Below, in pieces: positions 20,621 to 30,961 of a stretch of DNA of 64,000 bases. Within the stretch, counting starts at the first letter, position 1. Each line of letters begins with the position of its first letter. Below the pieces are notes generated by a model. It had not been told where the DNA came from, ran no database searches, and saw nothing but the letters and a program-made list of their open reading frames with translations. Both the position numbers and the translations under genes were made by a program. The stretch is from Anaerohalosphaeraceae bacterium (GTDB lineage: Bacteria > Planctomycetota > Phycisphaerae > Sedimentisphaerales > Anaerohalosphaeraceae), in contig CAXXSL010000016.1 in the NCBI GenBank assembly GCA_963675525.2, positions 256,001-320,000 on the forward strand. Reading direction: 5' to 3'.

Positions 20621-21316
20621 ATGAATTTGCCAATCTTGTTAATCCTCGTTTTGATTATCGGTTTTCCAATTGGATGGCTCATTTCTGAGTTTCGTTCAGG
20701 TCGCCCTCTTCGTATTACTTTAGGCATTCTTTCGATTTCATGTAGTTTTGGCGTTGCAACAGTCATTGGGATGCTTTCGGAGCTTAACTATAATGCATGG
20801 TATGGGAGTGCTACATATAAACTAATCAATACAATGGTTGGGGAAATCGAAGACGGCAATGAAGAGCGAGTCATGAAGGCTCTTCGTGGTCTCAATAATC
20901 AGTATTCACCATCATACGAGAGGAGTCCTGATTACTACCTTTCCTTTGTTGATGAAGCTACTGCAAGGATGCGAGGCGATACTGAGATTGTAGAAGGCTC
21001 AGAATGGGATACAGCTAATATAGATGGATCATCTTGGCTTGGATATTGGAAGGAAGACTCTGGTTTTTGGTTAGTTATTGACAATTCTGAATTACCCTAC
21101 GATATCATTTGGTCTGGCGATCCAAGAGCCAGTATGACATCAGTTGCTGTATCGGATGACTACAGAGTTCTCACTTATCAGGAGGCGGATAATTACAGGC
21201 ACACTTTAACTCTGATAAGTAAAAATGAAGCAAAGCATGAATGGTTTGATCTTGAAAAGAATGCTGTGTGGAGAACTGATCGTATTCGTAGATTGACAAG
21301 GTTTGATAAGGACTGA
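20621..21316 (+). CDS. Hypothetical membrane protein (cargo)
   Basis: AAGGAG RBS; two N-terminal TM helices then a soluble domain. Confidence 0.7.
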   Translation: MNLPILLILVLIIGFPIGWLISEFRSGRPLRITLGILSISCSFGVATVIGMLSELNYNAWYGSATYKLINTMVGEIEDGNEERVMKALRGLNNQYSPSYERSPDYYLSFVDEATARMRGDTEIVEGSEWDTANIDGSSWLGYWKEDSGFWLVIDNSELPYDIIWSGDPRASMTSVAVSDDYRVLTYQEADNYRHTLTLISKNEAKHEWFDLEKNAVWRTDRIRRLTRFDKD

Positions 21317-21322
21317 TATCTC

Positions 21323-21997
21323 ATGAAATGCTCTTTGAATATTCTTATGTTTCTAATGCTGGCATCACTATTTAGCTGTAGTAATGAAAATGCTATCTCT
21401 GATACAAATGCTGAATTCAAAGAAATACTCAAGAAAGCAGAAGAAGGAGATGTGCAGGCTCCATATGAATTAGTAAAAAGATATGTTCCCAGTGAAGACG
21501 GCAGCACGCAGGATAACGAAGAACTAGTCAAGTGGTATCGTAAAGTTGCAGAACAAGGTCATGTAGAAGCTCAATTTGCATTGGGTTTAGCATTGATGTA
21601 TGGAAAAGGAGTTACATTAAATCCTAAAGAGGCTGTTATTTGGTTACAAAAGGCATCTGAACAAGGAATAAGTAACGCTCAAATGACTCTGGGATTCATA
21701 TATGTAAATGGATATGGTTGTGTTAGGGAAGATTATGAAAAGGCTTATTACTGGAATCTCAGGGCGGCTAAACAAGGAAATCCTGAATCACAAAGATGGT
21801 TAAGTTGGATGTACACTGTCGGTATGCATGTCAACAAAGATTTCGTGGAAGCATATAAATGGGGCTTGCTAGCAGGTATGCAAGATGAAAATGTAAACAC
21901 AAGTGAATGGCTCAATCTTAGTGAACGCATGACCTCAGAACAAATAACCAAAGCTCAAAAACTTGCTAAAGCCTTTATTGCATCCCCTGAACAGTAG
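21323..21997 (+). CDS. Sel1-like repeat lipoprotein
   Basis: Lipobox-like LFSC; repeats WYRKVAEQGHVEAQFALG, WLQKASEQG, AAKQGNPESQ. Confidence 0.88.
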   Translation: MKCSLNILMFLMLASLFSCSNENAISDTNAEFKEILKKAEEGDVQAPYELVKRYVPSEDGSTQDNEELVKWYRKVAEQGHVEAQFALGLALMYGKGVTLNPKEAVIWLQKASEQGISNAQMTLGFIYVNGYGCVREDYEKAYYWNLRAAKQGNPESQRWLSWMYTVGMHVNKDFVEAYKWGLLAGMQDENVNTSEWLNLSERMTSEQITKAQKLAKAFIASPEQ

Positions 21998-22002
21998 GTG
22001 GC

Positions 22003-22060
22003 GATGAGTTGATGGGGTGATGAGATATCTTCTTGATTGACTGGGGTAGATGGGTAAAAT
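22003..22060 (+). repeat. Integrase-end plus promoter repeat, copy 2
   Basis: Diverged direct repeat of 20503-20564. Confidence 0.7.
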
Positions 22061-22105
22061 ACTTTGAGTATAATACTTTCATGAAACTACTGTTGAGATT
22101 AATCT

Positions 22106-22453
22106 ATGCGAATACTATTTGTTGAGAATCACGATCAATTTGCTTCTGTCGTTATCCGTGCATTTCTCAGCAATCATGAAGTGACTGTCGTACCGAATAT
22201 CGTCTCCGCATTGGATCACTTTGCCAAAAGTGAATATGATGTTCTTCTGGTCGATTATGATCTTGATGATGGCAAAGGTGACCAGTTAGTTCAGATAATC
22301 CGCAAAGATGATCTTCGGGTAAAAATTGTGGCTGTCTCATCCCATGAGCGAGGAAATAAAGCTCTGTTGAAATCTGGCGCAGATGCGGTCTGTAGCAAGA
22401 CTGAGTTTAGTAAAATCAGTGACATTTTAGAATCATTATGGAAGCACTCCTAG
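22106..22453 (+). CDS. Single-domain response regulator (receiver only)
   Basis: ILFVEN, LLVDYDLDDGKG, VAVSS, GADAVCSK. Confidence 0.85.
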   Translation: MRILFVENHDQFASVVIRAFLSNHEVTVVPNIVSALDHFAKSEYDVLLVDYDLDDGKGDQLVQIIRKDDLRVKIVAVSSHERGNKALLKSGADAVCSKTEFSKISDILESLWKHS

Positions 22454-22647
22454 TCAATTCCAATATGTCCCAGATAAGAGCTGTTTATATCATTCTAAAA
22501 CTCTTCTTCAAGCACAAAAAAGACGAAACTTCTCTGATATAATATTTACACTTTTTAACAAAAAATTCCACCCCAAGTACACACAAAGACCACTTGTCTT
22601 TGACGCTGGGGTGCCGCTGGGAGCATTTTTTCAGTGTGATTTTCCAC

Positions 22648-22678
22648 TTGACAAAGATGGTTATTTCTTGTATATACT
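22648..22678 (+). promoter_or_regulatory. Sigma70-type promoter of the tRNA
   Basis: TTGACA-17 nt-TATATA(CT), about 30 nt upstream of the tRNA. Confidence 0.65.
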
Positions 22679-22705
22679 TGCTTTTTAATGAGTTATCTCA
22701 TTAAC

Positions 22706-22779
22706 GGGCGTTTAGCTCAGTTGGCTAGAGCACTAGCTCGACAAGCTAGGGGTCACTGGTTCAAGTCCAGTAACGCCCA
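22706..22779 (+). tRNA. tRNA-Val(GAC), CCA not encoded
   Basis: Acceptor stem GGGCGTT/AACGCCC, D arm AGCTCAGTTGGCTAGAGC, anticodon arm CTAGC-TCGACAA-GCTAG, T arm GGTTCAAGTCC. Confidence 0.97.
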
Positions 22780-22780
22780 C

Positions 22781-23030
22781 TGGTTGAGTTTCTCGTAAGC
22801 CTTTGTTTTTGCAAGGGCTTACGTCAACCACCTCTCTCAATCTCCCAACCTCGCATATTCTGGATTTTATCGTATTTCGCTCGATCCTAACGAGGACTTC
22901 AGTCGAATTGGCGGTCGATTTTTCAAGGGCATCACAGGTACCTGTATTAACTGCTTGCTGTTTGTTGGGTAACATGCTCGCAAGCTTATCTACTGCAAGA
23001 AGATTCAGACGGCCGTGACGACTGTGACCG
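22781..23030 (-). pseudogene. Probable C-terminal tail remnant of the island integrase
   Basis: Minus frame reads ...HGRLNLLAVDKLASMLPNKQQAVNTGTCD... toward the tRNA, resembling the post-catalytic-Tyr tail of tRNA-targeting integrases; judged by eye. Confidence 0.4.
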
Positions 23031-23083
23031 CAACTGCGATATCACAAGATACAGCAAAAACGATCATAAATAATTTTGCGGCT

Positions 23084-24826
23084 CTAATTACCGTTTGGAT
23101 AAAGACCACTGGATTGCCATGTAGACGCCAAGTCAGCAAATTCCGAAAGGCCATAGTTATCCGGAGGCGTCAACCATCGATTCGCAAAAGTAACCAGATC
23201 AAATATGTTTATGACACAATCAGGCTGACTATCCGGCCCTGAAAGATCGTACGTAGCGTCTAACGCCAGGATACAGGAGCTTTCTCCACTGAGGGCATAG
23301 CGTAAATCCGCCACCTCCGTATCTGTCAACGCGTAGTTGTATAGTCGCATATCGTCGAGGCTGCCGTTAAAGGCGTGGAGTCCGTCGCTGCTGACTCCAA
23401 TATTGACGGCTGCTTCGGTTTCTGTCGGCAGTGCCCAGGAGCCTTCATCCTGCAGCAGGCCGTCCACATAGAGCTTTCCCGTCGTTCCATCAAACACGGT
23501 GCAGATGTGCTGCCACTGGCTGTCGGCTTTCAACCCGTTTGACATGGTTAACATTTCACCGTCAGTCGATTCGGCTATTAAATCGTCCTCTGTTGCCGAT
23601 GTTTCGCCCCGGTTTGCCCAGAAACTGATGGTCATCTGCCCGGATTGTTGAATCGGGTCAAATACCGGCGCTAATGCCCAGCCGTCGGAGGCGGTTATTT
23701 GGGTTGCACCGTTTGCTGTTCCGTCTGCCCCGGTGACAAAGGTTGGCGTGCCGTTGACGGCCGCGTCGTTTCCGGCCACCTCCTCCAGATAATTACCACC
23801 GCTGTAGCTATCCTGATCCAATGTCCAATGCGCGACAAGGCCGTAAACCATTAAATTTGCCGTATTGCTGTTTCGCGAGCCGCCATCATTGGTGATTTTA
23901 CAATAATACTGTCCTGCATCCGACGTCATCAGGCCGGTCATCGACAGCGTGGCGGTATATTGTTCGGTAGGTGTATCATAAGATAATTGCACATCAATAT
24001 TCGTTTCGGCCGGATCCATAAGCAGGTCGGTTGGTGTGGCCACTTTGTACCATGCGGCTGACGGTGTGGACACGCTGGTAAAGACGGTTTCAAAAACGGC
24101 TGACTGTGTTTCGTTGGCTGTTATATCTTCAGGCTGCGAAGTAATGATCGGAATCGGCAGGCCTGACGGAATCGACAGATCGACGCCGTTCGAAATGTAA
24201 ATGTCGTCCACTCGGATCGGAGCGTAATCCCTGCCATACACTTTAAAGGTTACCAGATCGACGGGAGTGTCGCCGTTGCCGGTACGGAAGGCATAATCAT
24301 TTGCTTGCAGGTCGCCCGCTGTTGCGTCTGCTGAGTCAGTTGTCACATAGACATCGTATGTTTGTGTGCTGTTATTAATGACCAGCCAGATATTATACCA
24401 CGCAGCGTCACTTATTGTCATTATGCTCGTGTTGCTGCTGCCGTTTCGGGCTCTGAGGTCATTACCCACAACAGAGACATAGGCCTCAAAGTCGCCCCAA
24501 TCCCCTGTTGGAGTTGTAAGATCGCTCAGCCCAACCGAGCAGTCAGGGCTGGTTCCCCCAGATTTATAGATCCGGTAAAACGCCGTCGTTGCGGTATCGG
24601 TATCGGGAATAGAGTCGGTATCCAGCGACAGATAGGAACCGTAGCTTTCCATGCATTGATTACCGCTTGCTTCCTGTTCAAAAGTCGGCGACCCGTCTGT
24701 CTGAACCCACGGCGATGTGATAGACCCGGGAGCGGTATAACTTTCAAAGTCATCTACCAGTACGGCAGCCTGCGTCGTCAATGCTAATAGCAAAAAGCAC
24801 GTGATAAATCCCTTTTTTCTCATCAT
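23084..24826 (-). CDS. Secreted protein: beta-sandwich + Ig-like + LamG-like + dockerin-like tail
   Basis: Signal peptide, DAGQYYC Ig motif, WQHICTVFDG...GSLDDMRLYNYAL, C-terminal PDCVINIFDLVTFANRWL. Confidence 0.8.
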   Translation of the reverse strand: MMRKKGFITCFLLLALTTQAAVLVDDFESYTAPGSITSPWVQTDGSPTFEQEASGNQCMESYGSYLSLDTDSIPDTDTATTAFYRIYKSGGTSPDCSVGLSDLTTPTGDWGDFEAYVSVVGNDLRARNGSSNTSIMTISDAAWYNIWLVINNSTQTYDVYVTTDSADATAGDLQANDYAFRTGNGDTPVDLVTFKVYGRDYAPIRVDDIYISNGVDLSIPSGLPIPIITSQPEDITANETQSAVFETVFTSVSTPSAAWYKVATPTDLLMDPAETNIDVQLSYDTPTEQYTATLSMTGLMTSDAGQYYCKITNDGGSRNSNTANLMVYGLVAHWTLDQDSYSGGNYLEEVAGNDAAVNGTPTFVTGADGTANGATQITASDGWALAPVFDPIQQSGQMTISFWANRGETSATEDDLIAESTDGEMLTMSNGLKADSQWQHICTVFDGTTGKLYVDGLLQDEGSWALPTETEAAVNIGVSSDGLHAFNGSLDDMRLYNYALTDTEVADLRYALSGESSCILALDATYDLSGPDSQPDCVINIFDLVTFANRWLTPPDNYGLSEFADLASTWQSSGLYPNGN

Positions 24827-24880
24827 TACCCTTATCTTTTTATTTTCTAAATGGAAAGTCCAATTTTATTCCCCTCCGGA

Positions 24881-26722
24881 TCAAAGACCGCTGGAGAGCC
24901 ACTCTGCCGCAAAATCAGAAAATTCTGCCATATCATAAGTCGTAAGCCATCCATTCGCAAAAGCAGCCAAATCATAGAGATCGACGGTGCAATCCGGCAA
25001 GCCTGCCGAACCGGTAAGATCATATACAAGCGGGCAGGTGTCCCACGCGTCGTGAATCGCTGCGACTTCAGTACCTGTTAACGCGTAGTTGTATAGTCGC
25101 ATATCGTCGAGGCTGCCGTTAAAGGCATGAAGTCCGTCGCTGCTGACCCCGATATTGATCGCCGCTTCGGTTTCCGTCGGCAGCGCCCAGGAACCTTCGT
25201 CGCGCAGCAGGCCGTCAACATAGAGTTTCCCCGTCGCTCCGTCAAACACCGTACAGATATGCTGCCACCGGCTGTCGGCTTTCAGGCCGTTTGACATGGT
25301 TAACACTTCATCGTCAGTCGATTTGGCTATTAAATCGTCCTCTGTTACCGATGTTTCGCCCCAGTTCGCCCAGAAACTGATGGTCATCTGCCCGGATTGT
25401 TGAATCGGGTCAAACACGGGGGCCAATGCCCATCCGTCTGTGGCGGTTATTTGAACGGCACCGTTTGCCGTTCCGTCCGCCCCGGTGACAAAGGTCGGTG
25501 TGCCGTTGACGGCCGCATCATTTCCGGTCACCTCTTCCAGATAATTACCGCTGCCGTAGCTATCCTGGCCCAGTGTCCAATGGGCGACGAGTCCATAGAC
25601 GAGCAAATTTGCGGTATTGCTGTTTCGCGGGTAACCGCTGTCATTGTCAACCTGACAGTAATAATCCCCTGTATCCGGCGTCGATGTATTGGAAATCCAT
25701 AATGTCGCGGTATATTCTGCATTCCCGGAATCATACGTCACCTGAGTTGTGATATTCGAATCCGCAGGATTTAATTCAATATCGCCGGCGGTGTCCGCTT
25801 TGAACCATGAAACAACCGGTGCCGATTCGCTCTGAAAAACCGTTTGAAACATTGCGGTTTGCGGTTCCTGAACGGTGACATCCGAAGGATGTGTCAAGAT
25901 TTCCGGACGCGGCAGGCCGGAGACAAAGATCATGTCATCCGGCTGGCGTGCAATGGAACTGATGCGCGCTTCGTCCAGAAGGCCTTCAAAATTTTCCCCG
26001 GTTGCATCACGGCTTTCATTGCCAATGGCAAAATCAATAGCCTCATTCGCATCCAGGTCCGCCTCCATCTGAAACGAGTTCAGCAAAACCGCCTGGGATT
26101 CACCCGAATCCAGAGCCGTCCAGTAAAATGTTAGATTGTCGGCGATGCCTTCCGAACCGCTATATGTTACCGCCACATGAAACCACTCATTCACGGCCCA
26201 TGCATGGTCACCCGCTGTTGGTATGGCGGCCAGGAAATTCTCCTGTGTCCCCGTGAGCTTTATAAATTCAATGGCGCCGCCGGTTGTCACTCGGAACTGC
26301 CAGCCGCGATTTTGCCCGCTGTCATCATCGCCGGAGATAATCTGCATATTATTGGGAATCGCCGTGATCGCCACGGCAGGGCGTACGATGGCTTCAAACG
26401 TAAATGCGCCGTCTGCGCCGACAAATTTGCTGATGGCTTCTTCGCTGTTATAAGCAACCGGCATATTGGAAGCGGTATCGGAAGAGCCCTCATATGTATT
26501 CAGGGCCGTTCCGAAGCCTGGATACGATGTTTCTGTTACCGTTGCTCCATAACGCAGTGTTAAATCGACGGAGTTAGTGGTTATGTCGTCATTCGAACTG
26601 CTCTCGAAATGATATAAATGCAGGGTATCGGCATCGGCGGTATAGGGACCGGACACGGCCCCATAACCATGTGCCGTTAAGATTACTGTTATCATCAGAA
26701 CTGTCTGTATAATCTTTTTCAC
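24881..26722 (-). CDS. Secreted protein: LamG-like + Ig-like + LamG-like + dockerin-like tail
   Basis: Signal peptide, WFHVAVTY...GLLDEARIS; C-terminal half nearly identical to 23084-24826. Confidence 0.8.
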   Translation of the reverse strand: MKKIIQTVLMITVILTAHGYGAVSGPYTADADTLHLYHFESSSNDDITTNSVDLTLRYGATVTETSYPGFGTALNTYEGSSDTASNMPVAYNSEEAISKFVGADGAFTFEAIVRPAVAITAIPNNMQIISGDDDSGQNRGWQFRVTTGGAIEFIKLTGTQENFLAAIPTAGDHAWAVNEWFHVAVTYSGSEGIADNLTFYWTALDSGESQAVLLNSFQMEADLDANEAIDFAIGNESRDATGENFEGLLDEARISSIARQPDDMIFVSGLPRPEILTHPSDVTVQEPQTAMFQTVFQSESAPVVSWFKADTAGDIELNPADSNITTQVTYDSGNAEYTATLWISNTSTPDTGDYYCQVDNDSGYPRNSNTANLLVYGLVAHWTLGQDSYGSGNYLEEVTGNDAAVNGTPTFVTGADGTANGAVQITATDGWALAPVFDPIQQSGQMTISFWANWGETSVTEDDLIAKSTDDEVLTMSNGLKADSRWQHICTVFDGATGKLYVDGLLRDEGSWALPTETEAAINIGVSSDGLHAFNGSLDDMRLYNYALTGTEVAAIHDAWDTCPLVYDLTGSAGLPDCTVDLYDLAAFANGWLTTYDMAEFSDFAAEWLSSGL

Positions 26723-26749
26723 GATTTTACTTCCGATCGTTATTGTGAT

Positions 26750-28291
26750 TTAATAGTTTAATTGATAGTCCAGCACCCGTAGTGATGTCGATTGCCCTGT
26801 TGATGTGGGCGAGTTTTGCATCATGACAGACAAAACCCCGTCTTTAAAACGATAAGGGTCTGCCAGCGCTTCACTCAGGAAATCTCCTGGTTCGACATGA
26901 ATGATTTGCCAGTCGGTCCATTGATTGGCGGCGGTGGCCGCCTGAATGGTCAGGTCGCCGTCGAGGAAATAAATTCCCGTATCCGTCAGGTTAACACTTT
27001 GCCGCGACTGGTAGATGACGAACGCATCGCCGTTGTCGCGGATGAATAATTTGGGTCGACTGCCAACGTAATCCGGCAATTCATTACGCGTCCAGACGCC
27101 TTGCGAATCCCGCCAGTAGTGATAATACCGCCGGGCGCCTTGCGGCCCCCAAGTGCTGTAGGAATACCCGGCATAAGTCTCCGGCGTACAGTGGAACATA
27201 ACCGCATGAACGCGGCCCTGTGAATCAATGGCCTGAGCCTGCTGGTTCATCATGCCGTAATAACGATCCAGCGGCACCACCGTCACATCCGGCGAACTCA
27301 CCGTAATCAGTTGTTCAGTCGAAGAATTTCCCGTTGCCTGACCAATCACCTGTAATCCGCCCTGACCCCATGAAAGTGAAAACAGACTTTGAAAAGCGGT
27401 GTTTCCGGTTTTGATTTGGAATCCGGCGGACGGGTTATTATTATACCATGTTGTTCCGCCATCACTGCTGTAAGCATACATGATGTCATGGTTGGCGCCT
27501 CCGGCCGTTTCCCGCCAGGTCCAGGTGACATGAAGATTGCCGTCCGGACCATACTCAACAGGCCCGTTCAGATAAGGATTTCGCACAGAACTGCTGCCGA
27601 GCGAGTCGGAGTAACTCCCTGTTCGTGAAATCACTTTCCGGCCGTTACTCCACAGGCCGCTAGCACCGTTGTAATCAACCATCGCCCAATCACCGTTTCC
27701 GGAACCGTCAATACGATAGCCAAACTGCATGTCGCCGTCCGGTGTCTGCCAGAATCGCGGATAGGTCACACTGGAAATAGTGTCGCCGACTTCCAGATAA
27801 TTGTGTACGGAATTAAATAACGATGCACTCCATGTGACAGAAGCCGGATTTGTTGCTACTCCGGTGTCTGAAACACGGTAATGAAGCATTCCGCCATGAT
27901 GATCAAATGACAGATGAATCGTTCCGTCATTAGGGCAAATGCCCATCGTAACGACATTATGAGCGTCTGTCGTTGTGCTGAGCGTGTAATCGGTCAGTTC
28001 GACCACCGACCACGAACCGCTCGGCAGTTGCCGCCGCCCCACACAGACATGACGTGACCCATTATAATAAGTTACGTACTGCCAGCCGTTATAGGTCACA
28101 AGTACATTTTGCTGAAAGGACAAGCCGTTAATCGCATATCCGTACGGAGAACCGCTGCCCAGTGTCATAGCCTGGCTGTCAACGACGACATCGCCTGTTT
28201 TCGTAACCGACGGAAATGCGCCTGCTGACGGTGACATTGCAAACAAGCAAGCCAACAAACAAAGAAGTTTGGTTATCATAAGTGCTTTCAC
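26750..28291 (-). CDS. BNR-4 repeat beta-propeller protein (putative polysaccharide lyase/hydrolase)
   Basis: Signal peptide, DAHNVVTMGICPNDGTIHLSFDHH, TYPRF, Asp-box SSDGGTTW. Confidence 0.75.
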   Translation of the reverse strand: MKALMITKLLCLLACLFAMSPSAGAFPSVTKTGDVVVDSQAMTLGSGSPYGYAINGLSFQQNVLVTYNGWQYVTYYNGSRHVCVGRRQLPSGSWSVVELTDYTLSTTTDAHNVVTMGICPNDGTIHLSFDHHGGMLHYRVSDTGVATNPASVTWSASLFNSVHNYLEVGDTISSVTYPRFWQTPDGDMQFGYRIDGSGNGDWAMVDYNGASGLWSNGRKVISRTGSYSDSLGSSSVRNPYLNGPVEYGPDGNLHVTWTWRETAGGANHDIMYAYSSDGGTTWYNNNPSAGFQIKTGNTAFQSLFSLSWGQGGLQVIGQATGNSSTEQLITVSSPDVTVVPLDRYYGMMNQQAQAIDSQGRVHAVMFHCTPETYAGYSYSTWGPQGARRYYHYWRDSQGVWTRNELPDYVGSRPKLFIRDNGDAFVIYQSRQSVNLTDTGIYFLDGDLTIQAATAANQWTDWQIIHVEPGDFLSEALADPYRFKDGVLSVMMQNSPTSTGQSTSLRVLDYQLNY

Positions 28292-28322
28292 GATACAGTT
28301 CCTTATTATTGATTCATTTCTC

Positions 28323-29780
28323 TTAATTTAACTGCCAATCCAAAATACGAGGGGTGGTTGATTCCTGCGCCATCACAGAGAGAATACCGTCTTCCTTGAA
28401 TCGGTAAAAATCCCCCATTCCTTCACCTGCAAAGCTTCCGGTAGTATCGGATGCGATCTCCTGCCAGTCGGTCCATTGAGAATCTGCCGATGCGGCAGCG
28501 ATGTACAGGCCCGCCGAGCGCAAATAGATCAAAAACGCATCACCGTTGTCGCGGATAAACAGCTTCGGGCGGCTGCCGACTGTGACCGGCAACTGAAAAT
28601 GATGCCATGTACCGTCGAAATCACGCCAGTAATGATGATAATCCTTGCCGGTCGATGCCCATACGTTGCATCCAGCGCCTTCGGTTGCATACCACATGAC
28701 GGTATGAACACGTCCCTGAGGATCGATCGCTTGGGACTGTTGATTCATCAATGAATATTCACGGTTTATCGGAATCGCGATGATATCCGAAGAATTCACA
28801 TCGATCAGTTGTTGTGTTGAAGTATTGCCCGTTGCCTGTCCGATAACCTGCGGTCCTGTTAACGTCCATCGAAGCCCTAAAAGAGATTGCCTCTCCTCAC
28901 CCGTCCCGGTACTGATATTGATTGATTGCTCCGGCCGCGCATCATTATACCAGGTGGTACCGCCGTCACTGCTCCATGCGTGACAAATGTCATGATTGGT
29001 GCCGCCGGAACCCTCTCGCCAGCACCATGTTAAGTGAAGCACCCCGTCCAGTCCGTAACAGGGATAGTTCAGATAGGCATTGCGGGTTGTACTGCTGCCG
29101 CAGGAATCATTATAAGTTCCATACCGGGAAATAACCATCCGTGTGTTTTCCCAGATACTCAAAGCGGCATTATAGTCGACCAGAATAATGTCTCCGCTGC
29201 CCGACCCTCCGATGCGATAACTCATTTGCAGATTTCCTTCCGGTGTTTGCCAGAATCGTGGATAGGTTACCGAAGAAACACTCTTTCCCGCTTCCAAATA
29301 ATTTTGCGTTTCATAAAACAAATTTTCATCCCATGTAACGGTTTCGGGATTCGTTGTGACACCGGGTTGCGAAATGCGGTAATGCAGGGTGCTGCCATGA
29401 TGATCAAATGACAGATGGATCGTTCCGTCATTAGGACAAATGCCCATGGAAATGATATTATGTGCATCATTGTCTTGAGAGCCGTCCAGGAATGTATAAT
29501 CCGTTAACTCCAATTTCAGCCATACGCCGTCGGGCAACTGGCGGCGGGCGATGCAAATGTGCCCGCTGGTGTTGTAGTAGGCGACATATTGAAAGCCGTT
29601 GTCGGTGACGATGGCATCCTGCTGGAATGAGACGCCATTGATGGTATCGCCATAGGCGCCCCCCGACAGAACCAGGGCCTGCGTATCCACAATCGTGTCC
29701 TGTACCTTAACAGCCAACGGTACGGCCGCTACCGCAGTACAGGATATGATAAGAAAAAAAATGTTTATTTGTACTTTCAT
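28323..29780 (-). CDS. BNR-4 repeat beta-propeller protein, paralog of 26750-28291
   Basis: DAHNIISMGICPNDGTIHLSFDHH, TYPRF, SSDGGTTW; start set at MKVQ after a G-rich RBS. Confidence 0.75.
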   Translation of the reverse strand: MKVQINIFFLIISCTAVAAVPLAVKVQDTIVDTQALVLSGGAYGDTINGVSFQQDAIVTDNGFQYVAYYNTSGHICIARRQLPDGVWLKLELTDYTFLDGSQDNDAHNIISMGICPNDGTIHLSFDHHGSTLHYRISQPGVTTNPETVTWDENLFYETQNYLEAGKSVSSVTYPRFWQTPEGNLQMSYRIGGSGSGDIILVDYNAALSIWENTRMVISRYGTYNDSCGSSTTRNAYLNYPCYGLDGVLHLTWCWREGSGGTNHDICHAWSSDGGTTWYNDARPEQSINISTGTGEERQSLLGLRWTLTGPQVIGQATGNTSTQQLIDVNSSDIIAIPINREYSLMNQQSQAIDPQGRVHTVMWYATEGAGCNVWASTGKDYHHYWRDFDGTWHHFQLPVTVGSRPKLFIRDNGDAFLIYLRSAGLYIAAASADSQWTDWQEIASDTTGSFAGEGMGDFYRFKEDGILSVMAQESTTPRILDWQLN

Positions 29781-29954
29781 CGTCCCCCTAAGAGAATTCA
29801 TACTATGATACCACCTTCCCCGATTATATTCAAGGCACAATTCAGTGCCTGCCCTTTTAGCCAACAATGATTTCTGATCTGCCAGCGTTATTTACAAAAA
29901 ACTTACCCCCTGCAATGGCACTCTGGAACAAGATGCAATTTGATCTCGATAAAT

Positions 29955-30815
29955 CTATTGTTCCGGCATATCAGGCAGATCGGTCGGAGGCACATAATCT
30001 TTATGCCATCTTAAGGTCCATAAATTCTGCAGATTACCAATCGTGTCGGCATGCAGATCCTTGTATATCAGGTTAATTCTCTTATTATGCCGGTCAAGAC
30101 AAAACCGCTGCATATGTTGAGTATCAAATCCCGGGCTATACCTGCCCTGCAGATTGTTGTATCCTGCAGGATTAGCAACCGGCGATGCATCGGTGCCTCT
30201 GGGCCAGGCAACTGTCCATGCACCATCGCCGAAAATCGGTGTATTCGCTGTAATATCGAGCCATGTTTTATAAAGATAAGGGCTATAATTGGGGTTATTT
30301 TCATAATATGCATCATATCCCACCCAGGCATTAAACATCAAAGCCCCGGTCGTTGACATATAAGCAGACCTGTTCCAATGCCAAGGCGCGGCGGCAGATC
30401 CATACTGACCAGCAGGATTGACCAGATCGGGATCAGCAGGGATAAATTTTGACATCGGTGCCGCAGGGCAGTGAATCATCTTCATGGTTTGAAATTCGCC
30501 TGACTCTTGTGCGAAAGAATCATTTTCAGAATAAGGAGCAAGTTTTTTCATCCAGTAATAATCCCACTCTCCCGGATTGACACTATCATTATTGCGAAGT
30601 GCCAGCCGTTTATAATCATGTTCAAATGTATACAATTCAAGCGCCTTGCCAACCTGTCCGAGATTGGCCAGGCAAACCGTCCTTATGGCTTGCGACTTGG
30701 CCAATCTTAAAGCAGGCAGAATCACCGCCAGCAATACCGCAATGATTGCGATCACCACCAATAACTCAATGAGCGTAAATCCCTTTTTCACTCTTGTTTT
30801 GTTTTTCATCTTCAT
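29955..30815 (-). CDS. Prepilin-type N-terminal cleavage/methylation protein (DUF1559-like)
   Basis: [26 protein letters not shown]...CLANL; C-terminal [15 protein letters not shown] (H-X9-DG variant). Confidence 0.85.
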   Translation of the reverse strand: MKMKNKTRVKKGFTLIELLVVIAIIAVLLAVILPALRLAKSQAIRTVCLANLGQVGKALELYTFEHDYKRLALRNNDSVNPGEWDYYWMKKLAPYSENDSFAQESGEFQTMKMIHCPAAPMSKFIPADPDLVNPAGQYGSAAAPWHWNRSAYMSTTGALMFNAWVGYDAYYENNPNYSPYLYKTWLDITANTPIFGDGAWTVAWPRGTDASPVANPAGYNNLQGRYSPGFDTQHMQRFCLDRHNKRINLIYKDLHADTIGNLQNLWTLRWHKDYVPPTDLPDMPEQ

Positions 30816-30875
30816 TCTCTCTTTTTTGGAGTTATTGCGCTGTTACTGTCTTTTGGCGATCTACATTTAATACGA

Positions 30876-30909
30876 TGTTACGGGCCGAGGTGTTCTCCGG
30901 CCCGTAACA
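30876..30909. other. Intergenic stem-loop after the PEP-CTERM gene
   Basis: TGTTACGGGCCG...CGGCCCGTAACA, no U-tract. Confidence 0.6.
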
Positions 30910-30961
30910 GGTTGAACACATTTACATCGGGATTAAAAATCCCAAAATAATCCTTAACGGA

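Noticed and set aside
22733..22975. 80-aa ORF as a real gene
   Set aside because: Its end (GVTGLEPVTPSLSS) is the antisense reading of the tRNA; only the upstream part may be an integrase relic
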